From Rubripirellula sp. (lineage in GTDB: Bacteria > Planctomycetota > Planctomycetia > Pirellulales > Pirellulaceae), in assembly GCA_965216875.1 (NCBI GenBank), contig OZ244207.1:7328001-7392000 (forward strand): a DNA stretch of 64,000 nt, given 5' to 3'. The notes beneath the pieces are model-generated. The model had not been told where the DNA came from. It did no database searches and saw only the letters and a program-made list of their open reading frames with translations. Shown one piece after another: positions 18,147 to 29,400 of the stretch (position 1 is its first letter; each line of letters starts with the position of its first letter). The position numbers and the translations under genes were made by a program.

Positions 18147-19502
18147 CTACCTTGAGCCTTTCCTTGCGATTCGATCAACATCACGCTTGCGAACAAGTGA
18201 CGCATTTTGATCCGACGACGCCTTAGCAGCCGTTGACAGTGCCGGTTCGATTCGTCCGCCATTGTCGAGGGCGGCGAATTCGGCCTCGGGCGAAAGTCCC
18301 AACCAGGGATCATCCAAGGGCATTCGAAAGGCATCGGCGTAAATCGTTCGCGTCAATGCATCGTAACCCATTTGGGCATGATTGCCTTGTTTGATCGCCG
18401 ATTCAAACCAATCGTCGATCCAAACCTGCAGTCCGTAAAGATTGAACGCGGTGTCTTGAGCAAGCGTTTCCGCAATGGGTTGGACATTCCGCAGCAGTGG
18501 TGTTTCGGCGATCGATTTGGTTGCGGCGATTGGCATCGCGACAGCCGCTTTGGGTTGCTGCGATTCAATCAGAGCGATTGATTCATTGGAAATGGCATCG
18601 GCGACAAAGCTGGATGCAAGTTGGTTCCAACGCGGATCAAGCGGGTCGAGACTGGCCGCGTCGGTCCCGCGGGTGGTCGCTAACTCGGATTCGTTTCGTC
18701 GTTTTTCCGCTCGGCGGTGATGGTAAGCGGCGACAGCTTCCCAATTCTTTGACATGTCGTCGGACCATTGTGCATGCAAGTCAGTCGCCTCGCCGAGCCA
18801 GCGGAGGAATGCCGGGGGCGTCACCAAGCCAGGCATCGCGTCGATGGGATGACCGTCACGACTCAAGACGAGATGCACGCTGTTGCCGGTGAGCGGTTTT
18901 TGTAGTTTGCGGCCATCGCCAAAGTCGATCGTCACCACCGGCACCGATCGCACAGGTTGCCAATGCAAAACGAATTGTTGCCTCAGCCGCTTGGCGATTT
19001 CAGGATCAGGGTACAGCAAGGTGCGAAAGTACCGACTGTTGGCGCAACTCAGGTCCTCGTCGAGTCGACCGAGCATTCGCAGACTCAATACCGGCCGGTT
19101 CGTCTTTTGAGCTTCGACAACAGCGTCGGTGAGCGAGGTGTGCCAAAAGAGTTTTGATTGCGTGGCAAACTTCTGCCCAGCAATTCGGTCGACAAGCCAG
19201 TCAATCCGAGCCAACGTGGGATCGTCCGGACCGTATTCCCCTTCGGCCAGTCGCATCGCGCGATACTGCAAAATGGCGTCGAGCGACTCGGGGCCCCGAC
19301 GACGGAGTTCTCGAATCATCGCGTCCGATTCGAAATGATTGGCCAACTCGACGTTTGAGTACGCGACGTTTCCCAGGTCACTAATCAGAAGACTCGTGTC
19401 TCGCGAGTCACGGACACCGTAGCCACCGCACGCCCATACGACCGCTGCAATCGGAACGGCAATCAAAGCGACCGCACAAGCTAACCGACGTTTCACCACC
19501 AT
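18147..19502 (-). CDS. Exported thioredoxin-fold-like protein
   Basis: ATG 19502 with AGGAG RBS; signal peptide (possible lipobox VWAC); FWHTSLTDAVVEAQKTNRPVL...DLSCANSR...FVLHW. Confidence 0.7.
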   Translation of the reverse strand: MVVKRRLACAVALIAVPIAAVVWACGGYGVRDSRDTSLLISDLGNVAYSNVELANHFESDAMIRELRRRGPESLDAILQYRAMRLAEGEYGPDDPTLARIDWLVDRIAGQKFATQSKLFWHTSLTDAVVEAQKTNRPVLSLRMLGRLDEDLSCANSRYFRTLLYPDPEIAKRLRQQFVLHWQPVRSVPVVTIDFGDGRKLQKPLTGNSVHLVLSRDGHPIDAMPGLVTPPAFLRWLGEATDLHAQWSDDMSKNWEAVAAYHHRRAEKRRNESELATTRGTDAASLDPLDPRWNQLASSFVADAISNESIALIESQQPKAAVAMPIAATKSIAETPLLRNVQPIAETLAQDTAFNLYGLQVWIDDWFESAIKQGNHAQMGYDALTRTIYADAFRMPLDDPWLGLSPEAEFAALDNGGRIEPALSTAAKASSDQNASLVRKRDVDRIARKGSR

Positions 19503-19677
19503 CGAACAATCTCCTGATACGAACACACAAACGTTGGTCCACATCAAGATCGTACGCACGATTCCGGCCTCGGCCGGTAACGTGTTTGTAACGGGTCGCA
19601 TCGCGCAGAGACTGAGCCGACCGGGCACCGTGAACGAAGAGTTTGTGAATGCTCTTCGCTCGGGTGCGTATCGCTTC

Positions 19678-22572
19678 CTATTCGACCAGCCCGCCGCTGA
19701 GCGGTGGGATCGGTGCCTGCGGCATTGGGCCCTGCGGCATTGGGCCCTGCGGCATTGGGCCCTGCGGAACGGGTGCTGACGGAACAGGTGCCTGCGGAAC
19801 AGGTGCTGGCGTTGGCAATTGCTCGACCGAGTCATCATCCAATCGTGGTGGCAGGGTCGCATCGTCGTACGATACCTGATTCAACACGTCGCCAAAGTAA
19901 GGTTCTGGCGGCAATGGATTGAGTTCGAACCCACAATCGTTGCACTCGCATTCGATCATGCCATCGGACGTGGTGCCAGGAAGCATCAATAGGTTCTCGG
20001 GCGAGATCGAGCCTGGATCGATCCACAAACCGTCTGGCGTCAGTTCCATGGTGCCCATGTCAAAGTCGAGCCCACGCCGCAGCACTTCGTAGTTCACAAA
20101 GATGCCGAGCAAGTTGTTCTGGGCACGCAGCAAATCGTTCAACGCGTCGATGGCATCACGAGCGGCGGTCGGCCCCGTTGCTCGTCCACGTGCTTCGTTG
20201 AGCGTCCGAATGTCACCATTGAGTTCGATTTGCTGAGCCGCAATCCGAATCGACTGGCGACCGAGTTCGAAGTTATAGCGATTGGCTTGCAGTTGTCGGA
20301 TCGTCGAACGGAGGAGCTGCCAAATGTCGTCTTCGTACGAGTAGTAACGTCGGCGGTCTTGCTCGTACAGAATCAATTGCGCGCGATAGTCATTGCGTTC
20401 TTGGATTCGTGTGATGGGTGCGTCCCACTCCAAGCCGACGCGAAGTCGACCATTGCGTTTGAAGTCGAACGGTCGATTGTCGCGGCTTTGCAGGTCGCCG
20501 CTGAAAACGACGTCCAATCGGCTTTCAAGCTGATCCGCAACGACTTCAATCTGACGCCAGGAATCAACCAGTGCGGCGCGGGCGTTGGCCCAGTCACGCC
20601 GGTTCTTGCGAGCGATTTCGAAGGCGGATGCCGGCTCGATATTCACTTCAGGCAGCAAGACGCCTTCGGTGCGTGCGCGTGCTTGAATCAATTGCACTTC
20701 CAGAACGTCGTCTCCGAGTTCTGACAACAGATCCTGCGAGAACAGAATGACGTCGGTCCGGATCAACGCGGCCAGTTTGGCCGGGTCTTTTTCGTTGGGC
20801 CCTTGCTCAATGATCTCAGAGAGTCGGATCTGAAGCTGCTCGATTCGCTGTTTGTAGCCAATGCCATCTTCACCGCCGGTCAATCGCAGCTGCAAGTCGC
20901 CGTAGATTCCTCGCAGCTCTTGTCCCAAGCCGTTCAACTCTTGTAGGTCAAAGATCGAATCATCAATGTTCTGAACGCCGACGAGCGAGCAGATACTTTG
21001 TTGTTCGACTCGGTAAAGCTGTTCAAGGTCGGCGTTTTGTCGTTGTCGCAACGGCAATGCCGATTCGAACTGTTCAATGTCGAGAGCAATTTCAGGCAGG
21101 TCCTCTTCTGCCAACGTGCGATTGAAATCACTAAGAGGCGTCAGTTCCTCTTTCAGTGTTTCCAGTGCACGGCGAAGCTCAGGTGACCATTGGACGGTTT
21201 TCCGCGGGATCTGCGTGACCGGATCTTTGACCGTTTCGGAAAGAGCAAGCATCGAGAGGTTGATTTCTCCCACAGCCGCTCGAAGAACACTCAATTGCTC
21301 ACGGCGATCAAGCAGTTTTCGATCGATCAACTGGAATTTGTCAAGAATCGGATCCTGCAAACGGGCGCAAATGTAGGGCGGCAATCCCAAGTCACGCATG
21401 AAGATGTCAAGCGATCGCTGGTAGTTGGCTTGCTGGTTGATGAGCGAGCTTTGTGAGTTGAGCAAACGCTGGCGTGCTTGGGCGACCTGCAGTCGTTCGC
21501 TAATGATCTGTCCCGAGTCGTCAGGAATCTTGGTCAACAATTCGATCAGGTTGTCCTGCTGCAGCAACAGGTTTTCCGTTTGGCGAGCGATGTTCTCTTC
21601 GAGGTTGCGGATCTGCAACTGAGTTTCCAACAGTCCGAGGTATCCGCCGGTGTTGCCGACCACACCCGCGTTGACGCGAACGATCCCATCGGCGCCCAGT
21701 TCGAGTCCGCGTCCGGTGGTGATTCGAAGGAAGAAACTGCGTCGGAATCGTTCGAACGATCGCACATCGGCGAGCAGCGTTCGCTCCGACTGAGTCAGGT
21801 TCTCCATCACGCGATCGCGGCCCGCCCCACGAAGCAGTGGCTGAAGCAACGAGAAGTCGAGGACGGTGGACGTTAGCCCGCTGCGCGTGTCAGGCCCACT
21901 CAGTTCCCAAACGATGCTGTTGGCGACGTTCACGACCAAATCGGCACCGTTAACGAACGCGCGGCTCATCGATAGGTTGCTCGGACCAAATTGATAAAGC
22001 GAACTGCTGCTACCGCCATTTCGGTTGCGTCCTAGCGTTGTCAGCGAGTTTGCCAAGCCTCCGTTGAACTGGGTGTCAAACTGAAAACGCTGCGTGCTGA
22101 CATCGAGTGCCGAGAAGTAAAGATCCTCGATCTGACGTTGATAGTCCGACGAATGCAGCAGCGCGATGCGAACGGCGTTTTCCGCGTTGAGGACCAGCAC
22201 GCCATCTTCGTCGAGCGGCAGGAACTGCCACCAATCCGGACTTTCGGCGGTATTGGTCACGCCGGCCGCTTCCCACATGGGGTACCCGCGGCGACCGTCG
22301 ACGCATTGCATGTAGCGCCACGAGGCGGGATCGTCCAGCGGCATCGGCTGGAAATCGAGGTCAAAGGGGTTGAACATCCGGCTCCGACGATCGACCTCGA
22401 TCCGCAGCTGCTTGTTGGGCTGGCGAGCCATGTGTCGGGCTTTTTCGTCCAGGACGCAGTAGACCTCGTTGTCGGCCTGTTTGCGGTAAAACTGGCGATG
22501 GCAGCCTGAGAATTGGATGACCAGGGCGGCCAACAGGCATGCGGATAGGGTGGGACGAGTAATAATTGACAC
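19678..22572 (-). CDS. Large TolC/outer-membrane-efflux-like lipoprotein with Pro-rich tail
   Basis: Lipobox FSGC; AVRIALLHS.DYQ, QPLLRGAGR, ARKNRRDWANARA, GLEWDAP..R..ERNDYR; long helical insertion. Confidence 0.7.
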   Translation of the reverse strand: MSIITRPTLSACLLAALVIQFSGCHRQFYRKQADNEVYCVLDEKARHMARQPNKQLRIEVDRRSRMFNPFDLDFQPMPLDDPASWRYMQCVDGRRGYPMWEAAGVTNTAESPDWWQFLPLDEDGVLVLNAENAVRIALLHSSDYQRQIEDLYFSALDVSTQRFQFDTQFNGGLANSLTTLGRNRNGGSSSSLYQFGPSNLSMSRAFVNGADLVVNVANSIVWELSGPDTRSGLTSTVLDFSLLQPLLRGAGRDRVMENLTQSERTLLADVRSFERFRRSFFLRITTGRGLELGADGIVRVNAGVVGNTGGYLGLLETQLQIRNLEENIARQTENLLLQQDNLIELLTKIPDDSGQIISERLQVAQARQRLLNSQSSLINQQANYQRSLDIFMRDLGLPPYICARLQDPILDKFQLIDRKLLDRREQLSVLRAAVGEINLSMLALSETVKDPVTQIPRKTVQWSPELRRALETLKEELTPLSDFNRTLAEEDLPEIALDIEQFESALPLRQRQNADLEQLYRVEQQSICSLVGVQNIDDSIFDLQELNGLGQELRGIYGDLQLRLTGGEDGIGYKQRIEQLQIRLSEIIEQGPNEKDPAKLAALIRTDVILFSQDLLSELGDDVLEVQLIQARARTEGVLLPEVNIEPASAFEIARKNRRDWANARAALVDSWRQIEVVADQLESRLDVVFSGDLQSRDNRPFDFKRNGRLRVGLEWDAPITRIQERNDYRAQLILYEQDRRRYYSYEDDIWQLLRSTIRQLQANRYNFELGRQSIRIAAQQIELNGDIRTLNEARGRATGPTAARDAIDALNDLLRAQNNLLGIFVNYEVLRRGLDFDMGTMELTPDGLWIDPGSISPENLLMLPGTTSDGMIECECNDCGFELNPLPPEPYFGDVLNQVSYDDATLPPRLDDDSVEQLPTPAPVPQAPVPSAPVPQGPMPQGPMPQGPMPQAPIPPLSGGLVE
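19716..19805 (-). repeat. 15-bp coding tandem repeat, about 6 units (PQAPV PSAPV PQGPM x3 PQAPI)
   Basis: cctgcggcattgggc occurs three times exactly, with degenerate flanking units. Confidence 0.85.
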
Positions 22573-22849
22573 GTCAGATCGCTCGGTGATTCGAGAACCG
22601 CTTTATCAGTGACAACCGGCATAGCGTGAATTGCCGATTCCATCGGTATCGGATTCGGTGCCGGAGTGGGTCGACCTTGACCGGTATCTCAGGTTGTGCC
22701 GCCTGGTTACGGCAATCAGGGGGCGGCTCGTGCCGGTCGTACCGGTCGTATCGATCGAGCCGGGGCTGTTCGAAATCCGGTTCCGGCGTCGCCAACGGGG
22801 GGAAGGCCCATTCGAAACCGACGAAATCGCCGTGCTAGGCGAGAAATGC

Positions 22850-22878
22850 TTGACGCTGCAAATTGCCCAACTTAATAT
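22850..22878 (+). promoter_or_regulatory. Candidate sigma70-type promoter for 22994
   Basis: TTGACG-17 nt-TAATAT, about 115 nt upstream of the ATG. Confidence 0.45.
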
Positions 22879-22993
22879 TCATTTGCGTACTTTTCCGCTC
22901 GTCTGGAGCATCCTGGCAATTAAATTCTGCCTGTATCGGTGCTTTCCGCAGGGAAGGTTTCTCCTCCCGTTTTAGTGACCCAACTGAACGATC

Positions 22994-24469
22994 ATGAAGT
23001 TTGCGATTATCGGTTTTCTGGTCGTTCTAGTCATTGCGTTCTTCGTGATGATCTGGAAAGCCGCCCGTGATTGGCGCTGGTACCAGATTGTTCCGACCCT
23101 CTTTGTGATGCTGCTGGCCGTCACCTTCATGTTCCCGACGGCGATGGTGCTTAAGAGCCGAGCCGCGTGGCACAAGAAGAAAGAGGAGCTGGAAAAGCGT
23201 GTCGAGGAAGCGAAATCCGAAAACCATCTTTTGAAATACGGTGACCCCACCAACCCGGCCAATCCTGGGATCGACAAGCTCGGCCAAGATTTGGCGTTGG
23301 TGGTTTTGGAAGCCGGACGTCGCTGGCGCGACATGCGAATGACCAACATCAATGGTCGCGCGGTCATCTTGCAGCCAGCTCAGCCGCAAGTCCAAGAAGA
23401 TCTTGGCGTCCCTGCAGCTGACGGCGACGCCGCGGCCGAGCCCGCACCAACACTGCCGCTGATTCCCGAAAAATTGGTCGTTCACGCCTTCGCCGAGCAA
23501 CCAGACGAGGCATTGGGCGGCGTCAATTTGCCGCGAGTCTACCTTGGTGAGTTTGTCGTCACGGCGAGCACTCCCGATCAAGTCACGATCACGCCAACCA
23601 AGTTGGATCCAAGCTCGCCTTACGCAGTGCAGCAAATGCAGATGATGAGCCAGGCTCGATCTTGGGCGCTCTACGAACTGTTGCCACTTGATGGGCACAT
23701 GCCATTCATTGCCGAAGGCAGTAAACAAACCGACGACCAATGGTTTGGACGCGTCGACAAGGAACTAATCAAGAACATCATGGGCCAAGGTGTTGCTCAG
23801 GAGACCATCAGCAAATACGAACGTGACGGAGGTCAAGCGCTTGACAGCGACCCTCCGCTGACGCGTTGGTCAAAGATTGAGTTTCGCAAACGACACTCCG
23901 TCAGCGTTGATAGCCCTGACGCTCGCGGCGTTTTGGACGGCACGTTCTTTGACGGCAACGGCCGAGCGGTTGATAGCCGGTTACAACGTGGCGGGGAAGT
24001 GGTATTCGAACCAAACGACACCGTGTTGATGCTCGAAAGCGCAGCCGCAGAACTCATCGCGAACGAAACCGCCAAACTCCTGGCCACCCACTACATTCGG
24101 CCACCAAACGACTATGGCACGCTGATTCGTAAAACGCTTCTCGGTTTGCAAGAAGATCGTTTGAGGCTTAAGGAGCTTAGAGAAGAGCACAAGACCCTCT
24201 CGGGAACCTTCGAAACGACCAATGCGATGGTCACGGCGAGCCAGGATGAAAAGCTAAAGCTTGAGCAGGATTACGGACAGGTCCAAATTGAACGTCAGTC
24301 GATCGAGAAGTTCGCCAAGGCACGAACCGACGGTCTTGCGGAGATGAAGGCCGAAATGATTCGCCTGCATCGCGAAAACCTTCAGCTCGAACAGAAGCTC
24401 AAGAAGTACCACGGTGATATCGAACAGCGTCTCGACGAACTTGACGCTTCGTTCAGCTTCACCAATTAG
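22994..24469 (+). CDS. Membrane-anchored protein with C-terminal coiled coil, unknown function
   Basis: Two N-terminal TM helices, globular middle, heptad-rich last ~110 aa. Confidence 0.8.
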   Translation: MKFAIIGFLVVLVIAFFVMIWKAARDWRWYQIVPTLFVMLLAVTFMFPTAMVLKSRAAWHKKKEELEKRVEEAKSENHLLKYGDPTNPANPGIDKLGQDLALVVLEAGRRWRDMRMTNINGRAVILQPAQPQVQEDLGVPAADGDAAAEPAPTLPLIPEKLVVHAFAEQPDEALGGVNLPRVYLGEFVVTASTPDQVTITPTKLDPSSPYAVQQMQMMSQARSWALYELLPLDGHMPFIAEGSKQTDDQWFGRVDKELIKNIMGQGVAQETISKYERDGGQALDSDPPLTRWSKIEFRKRHSVSVDSPDARGVLDGTFFDGNGRAVDSRLQRGGEVVFEPNDTVLMLESAAAELIANETAKLLATHYIRPPNDYGTLIRKTLLGLQEDRLRLKELREEHKTLSGTFETTNAMVTASQDEKLKLEQDYGQVQIERQSIEKFAKARTDGLAEMKAEMIRLHRENLQLEQKLKKYHGDIEQRLDELDASFSFTN

Positions 24470-24487
24470 GTTTTCGATACCTTCTCT

Positions 24488-25273
24488 TTAGCCACCGTCA
24501 CTCGGCGGTGCGCTGGGGCAAAGCCCACTCAGCCGCACTCGTACGAGCAAGTCGTTCAGTTGTGGTTGCACTTGTGACCCCTCGGGCAAGTGAGTCGTCT
24601 CGGCCGCCTCATGAAGATCGGCACACAGCTTCTCGTACATTTGACTGTGGAACGTAGCATCGTATTCCGCGTAGGGTTCTTTCTCAGCTCCCTCAACTTT
24701 GCGCGCGATCAGATCATCCAGGAACGAAAGCTGGAACGTGTCGTTCAACGTTCGCAGATTGGCTTCGACCTCGCCGGTGCGCATCATGTGAATCCCGGTC
24801 ATCAGGACACGGTACAGATACAACAGTGGCTTCACGCGGGGCGGATCTTCTGATTGGATGAGTTTCCACTGCGTTGCCGCAAACCCGTTGTAGTGGTGCC
24901 AGTGGTGACGCGTCACACACTTTGCCGCAATCCGTTTGAGTTCCTCGTGTTCCGGCGTCGAATGCACAACCAGAGGCGACGTCACCTGCTCAAGCACATA
25001 GCCGTTCTTCTTTTGCATCAAGCCAAAGAACTTTTTAACGTCGTGCGTGACCAGATCGATTTCCAGTCCGTCCTCCATCCGCGTGGCGTCGACGGTTTCT
25101 TTCAGCGGTGACAAGCCGACCACATCCTCGACGGGCAAAACGTGAATGCCGCGAAGGTCAAAATCCGAATCGGCCGATGGAAATCCATAAAGATGGGCGC
25201 CACTGACCGTCGCGAACAAGAGTGGATAGGGATGACGCTCGACTTGTTCGACGAGTTTCGGCATTTCTTTCAT
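24488..25273 (-). CDS. Pol-beta superfamily nucleotidyltransferase, RlaP/YcgL-like
   Basis: SGAHLYGFPSADSDFDLRG, K.NGYVLE, HY.GFA..Q, KPLLYLYRVLMTGIH. Confidence 0.85.
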   Translation of the reverse strand: MKEMPKLVEQVERHPYPLLFATVSGAHLYGFPSADSDFDLRGIHVLPVEDVVGLSPLKETVDATRMEDGLEIDLVTHDVKKFFGLMQKKNGYVLEQVTSPLVVHSTPEHEELKRIAAKCVTRHHWHHYNGFAATQWKLIQSEDPPRVKPLLYLYRVLMTGIHMMRTGEVEANLRTLNDTFQLSFLDDLIARKVEGAEKEPYAEYDATFHSQMYEKLCADLHEAAETTHLPEGSQVQPQLNDLLVRVRLSGLCPSAPPSDGG

Positions 25274-26199
25274 GGTAGTGTCTTCTTCGTTGCCAACTGC
25301 CGCGCATGAACCAAGAACGCGTTGGCGGCTTCGTAGTCAGGGCGATCAGGCAATTGGGTGTCTTGGTAGGCTCTCGAGAAATCGTCGTGCAATCCGCGTC
25401 GGATCGTTTCAACTTCATCCCACGCCAGCTCACCTCGTTTGATCGCCAACAATTGCTCGCGCTGGTCGCCAACGTCCACGCGGATTTCGTTTTCGGTCAG
25501 GACGTGAATGCCGGATCGCAAAAGGCGAATCAAGTGCATCACGTGTTTCCATTTCACTTTTCCCTGATTGCGGATGTCCGTTTGCATCTTTTTGAATTGG
25601 GATGCGACGTAACCGCTGTAGGTTTGAAACACCAATTTGGAGAGAAACATTTCTCTGCGGTCGAGCAATTCTTGCGCGAGTGGCGTGACGGTTTCAACTA
25701 ACGGAGTGTAGAGGCATTCAAGGATGTTTGGGTTCGCCTTGAGCGCCATCACGATGAATTTCTGCAGCTCCCAATACGCCTCTTCGGTCGCATCGTTTTC
25801 AAGCTGCTCTGGTACACCGAAGAGCGACCAGTGCAGCTCGGCCGGCGGCAGATAGATGCCGCGCCGATCCGTGTCGGATGCCTCATCGTCAAGGCCGAAC
25901 GCCCGCGAACCGACGACACAGCGATAGATGACGCGATTGAACAACCCGTGGCTCGAGAGCGTGCACTTGGCGTCACCTTTCTTGTAGTCGGCCAAAGAGA
26001 CGAGTTGCTCGTGGCGCAGCGGGGCCTCGAAGCCATCAAGGAATTTCACGCGATAGGCGTGCCGACGATCGATCGGCGCGCGGACAACGACGCCCACCGC
26101 ACCGGCCGGATGAGCGACTTCGCCGGTCGATCCGTTGACTTGTTTTTGCGTGACGACCTGAGTGCCGACGCTAAAGAGAAGATGAGATGGTTCCGACAT
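25270..26199 (-). CDS. RlaP-like nucleotidyltransferase with extra small N-terminal beta domain
   Basis: VGSRAFGL...SDTDRRG, KANPNILE, TYSGY..SQ, KHVMHLIRLL, LP.RPD; 4-nt overlap with the downstream paralog. Confidence 0.85.
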   Translation of the reverse strand: MSEPSHLLFSVGTQVVTQKQVNGSTGEVAHPAGAVGVVVRAPIDRRHAYRVKFLDGFEAPLRHEQLVSLADYKKGDAKCTLSSHGLFNRVIYRCVVGSRAFGLDDEASDTDRRGIYLPPAELHWSLFGVPEQLENDATEEAYWELQKFIVMALKANPNILECLYTPLVETVTPLAQELLDRREMFLSKLVFQTYSGYVASQFKKMQTDIRNQGKVKWKHVMHLIRLLRSGIHVLTENEIRVDVGDQREQLLAIKRGELAWDEVETIRRGLHDDFSRAYQDTQLPDRPDYEAANAFLVHARQLATKKTLP

Positions 26200-26420
26200 G
26201 TCCTCGCCTGATTATGAATGTCCAGCCTATTTGACCAGCAAACGCCGCCGGGATGTGGCAGCGTCAGTAAACCACGAATAACACGGATCACACGAATGAG
26301 CATGATCAGCACTGGGCAAGCCGGGACTCTTTTTTGCCCCTTCCCCGCTTGGTCGTGGGGCGAACTATGCTGGAGGCCGTTTTCTTGACTGACCCGCCCC
26401 ATTGCCCACGCTCGCTGCGA

Positions 26421-29400
26421 ATGAATCTCCGCTCTTTCCTAGCCATGACGGTGGCCCTTGTGCTGTTGCTCCCGGTTTCCGGAGAAATTGCCCATGGACA
26501 AAACCGTGTTGCGGCCGAACCGATCGTCGGTCTTCGCGAGAACCGCCCAACTCAGTTCGCGTTGACCAATGCGCGGATCGTTCTGTCGCCAACGGAGACG
26601 TTGGCGATGGGAAGTGTCTTGATTGATCGCACTTCGATCCTCGCGGTCGGCCCGGACGTTTCGATTCCCAACTCCGCCATCCAAATTGACTGTCGCGACA
26701 AGACGATCTATCCGGGGTTCATCGATGCCTTTGGCGAAATCGAAGTTGCACGGACCGACGGTGAATCGGGGCATTGGAACAAGCACATCGTTCCAGAGCG
26801 ATCGGCTGGGACCATTGCTGCAAGCTCGCTCGAGTCGAAGGCGAAGTTTCGTTCACAGGGCTTTGCCACAAAACTTGTAGCGCCCGATGACGGCATCCTC
26901 AAGGGAACGAGTTGTGTGGTGTTGCTTGGCAGTGATGAGGGCGGGCGATCACTACTGAAAGATCGCGTTTGGCATCACATGGAACTGTCCGTGCCGCGAC
27001 GCAACCCTGGCGAGCGATATCCCAACTCGCCAATGGGGGCCACCGCCCTGCTGCGACAAACGCTCTACGACGCGAATTGGTACCGTGACGCGTGGAACGC
27101 GTACCGGGCACAACCACAATTACCTCGGCCTGAAACGAACCTAGCACTGGCGGCCTTGGCCGATTCGATGGGGACTGCCACGTTTGTGGTGGATGCTCCC
27201 AACGAACGCATGGCACTTCGCGCTGATTCGATTGCCAAGGAATTCTCGCTCGACGTCATCTTGCGAGGTTCCGGCCGCGAGTACCGACAGCTCGATGAGA
27301 TTGCGGCAACGAACCGACCGGTTTTGGTTCCGGTCGACTTTCCTGAGAAGCCCGATGTGAAAACGAGCCGCGCCGAGCGCGGTACGACGCTGCGTGACTT
27401 GATGCATTGGGATCTGGCGCCAACCAATCCAGGATTGCTACACGCCAAGGGTTTGCAAATCTGCTTGACCACCGATGGGCTTGATGACGTTGGCGCGTTT
27501 CACAAACGCGTTGCAACCGCGGTCGAAAGAGGGCTTCCCAAACAGGCCGCACTGGCCGCGATCACGACGACGCCTGCTCGATTGTTGGGGATCGATGAGG
27601 TGACAGGCCGAATCGGATCTGGAATGCTCGCCAATTTGGTGATCACTGACGGCGATCTCTTTGATTCCGATACCAAGATTTTGGAAACCTGGGTCGCTGG
27701 AGAGCGTTTTGAAGTCACCACCAAGAAAGGAACCAGCGCCGGTCAATTTGCTGGTCATTGGGAACTACGATTTCGCAGCGGCAAACAGACGGTCCAGGTG
27801 ATCGCTGAGATCACAGAGAAGGAGGACAAACTGGAAGCGAAACTTAGTCCAACAGATTCGCTTGTCAAAAATAAGGACGAAAACAAAACGGACGACGAGG
27901 AAGAGGAAAAGCCCATCAAGCTTTCCAATGTCGAGTTCGAGCATGAGTTGTTCACCGCTTCGATCGACCTGAGCGGTCTCGACGAGGCCTACCCATCGGG
28001 TGTGAGCCGTCTTGAAGTGATTGCGACCGGCCAGCCAACCGAATTGTCAGGATCGGTCCACCTGCCAACGGGCGAGACGGTCGCACTGACAATTTCTAGG
28101 ACGCCTGAGCCTAAAGAGTCCCAAGAGCCCAAAGAGTCCCAAGAGCCAGAGGACGAGGAAGAAAACTCTGAGAAAACGGACGAAGACTCGGCCAGGGACA
28201 AAGACGAAAACGAATCGGACGATCCCAAACAACAGGATGAACCAACCTCTCATGACACGCTCGCGGCCACACCCATCAATCATCCCCTCGGCGCGTATGG
28301 TCGACTTGAACCACCGGCGCTAACGCCACATTTCATGTTGCGTGGAGCAACCGTTTGGACCTGTGCCGAAGATGGCAAGATCGAAAACGGTGATGTTCGC
28401 GTCAAAGACGGCGCGATTGTTGAAGTCGGCGCCGACCTTGAGGTACCAAAGGGTTGCGTTGTGATCAACGTGGGCGGAAAACACATCACGCCCGGACTGA
28501 TTGATTGTCACTCACATATGGGCACGGACGGTCACGTCAACGAATCGGGACAAGCGATCACCGCAGAAGTTCGGATCGGCGATTTTGTTGATAACAGCGA
28601 CATCACGATCTATCGCCAACTTGCCGGTGGCCTGACCACATCGAACATTCTGCATGGATCGGCAAATCCGATCGGAGGTCAAAACCAAGTCATCAAACTC
28701 CGCTGGGGTGACACGATGGAAGGGATGCGAATGACCGAAGCGCCCGCCGGAATCAAATTCGCTCTCGGCGAGAATGTCAAACGTTCGACGTCCCGTTATC
28801 CGAACACGCGAATGGGTGTTGAACAAATCATTCGTGACCAGTTGCTCGCCGCTCGCGAATACGATGCACGGTGGCGAGCTTGGCGACGCGGCCAACGCGA
28901 TTCGCTGCCACCACGAGTCGACCTTCAGTTGCAGGCACTTTCGGAGGTGCAGCGAGGCGAGCGGTGGATTCATTGCCACAGTTATCGCCAAGACGAGATT
29001 CTGGCCACGCTGGACGTGTTGGAAGAATTTGGGATCCAAATCGGAACGCTGCAACACATTCTGGAAGGCTACAAGGTTGCCGACCGCATGGCGAAGCATG
29101 GGGCAATGGGTTCCGCGTTTTCAGATTGGTGGGCCTACAAGTTCGAAGTCTTTGACGCGATTCCGTACAACGGGGCGCTGATGCACAACCAAGGCGTCGT
29201 CGTTTCCTTCAACAGCGACGACCGCGAACTCGGACGCCATTTGAATACCGAAGCGGCCAAGGCCACGAAGTATGGAGAGGTGCCCGAGGAGGAAGCCCTC
29301 AAGTTCGTGACATTGAATCCCGCGAAACAGCTGCGAATCGATGACTACGTCGGATCGATCGAAGTTGGCAAACATGCGGATTTGGTCGTCTGGAGTGGGC

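Noticed and set aside
18147..19502. Selenoprotein (in-frame TGA) in the SelN-like gene
   Set aside because: The frame is open with Cys-Ala at the motif; no internal TGA
26270..26296. 9-nt periodic repeat aaccacgaataacacggatcacacgaat
   Set aside because: Single short occurrence in the window; function cannot be supported
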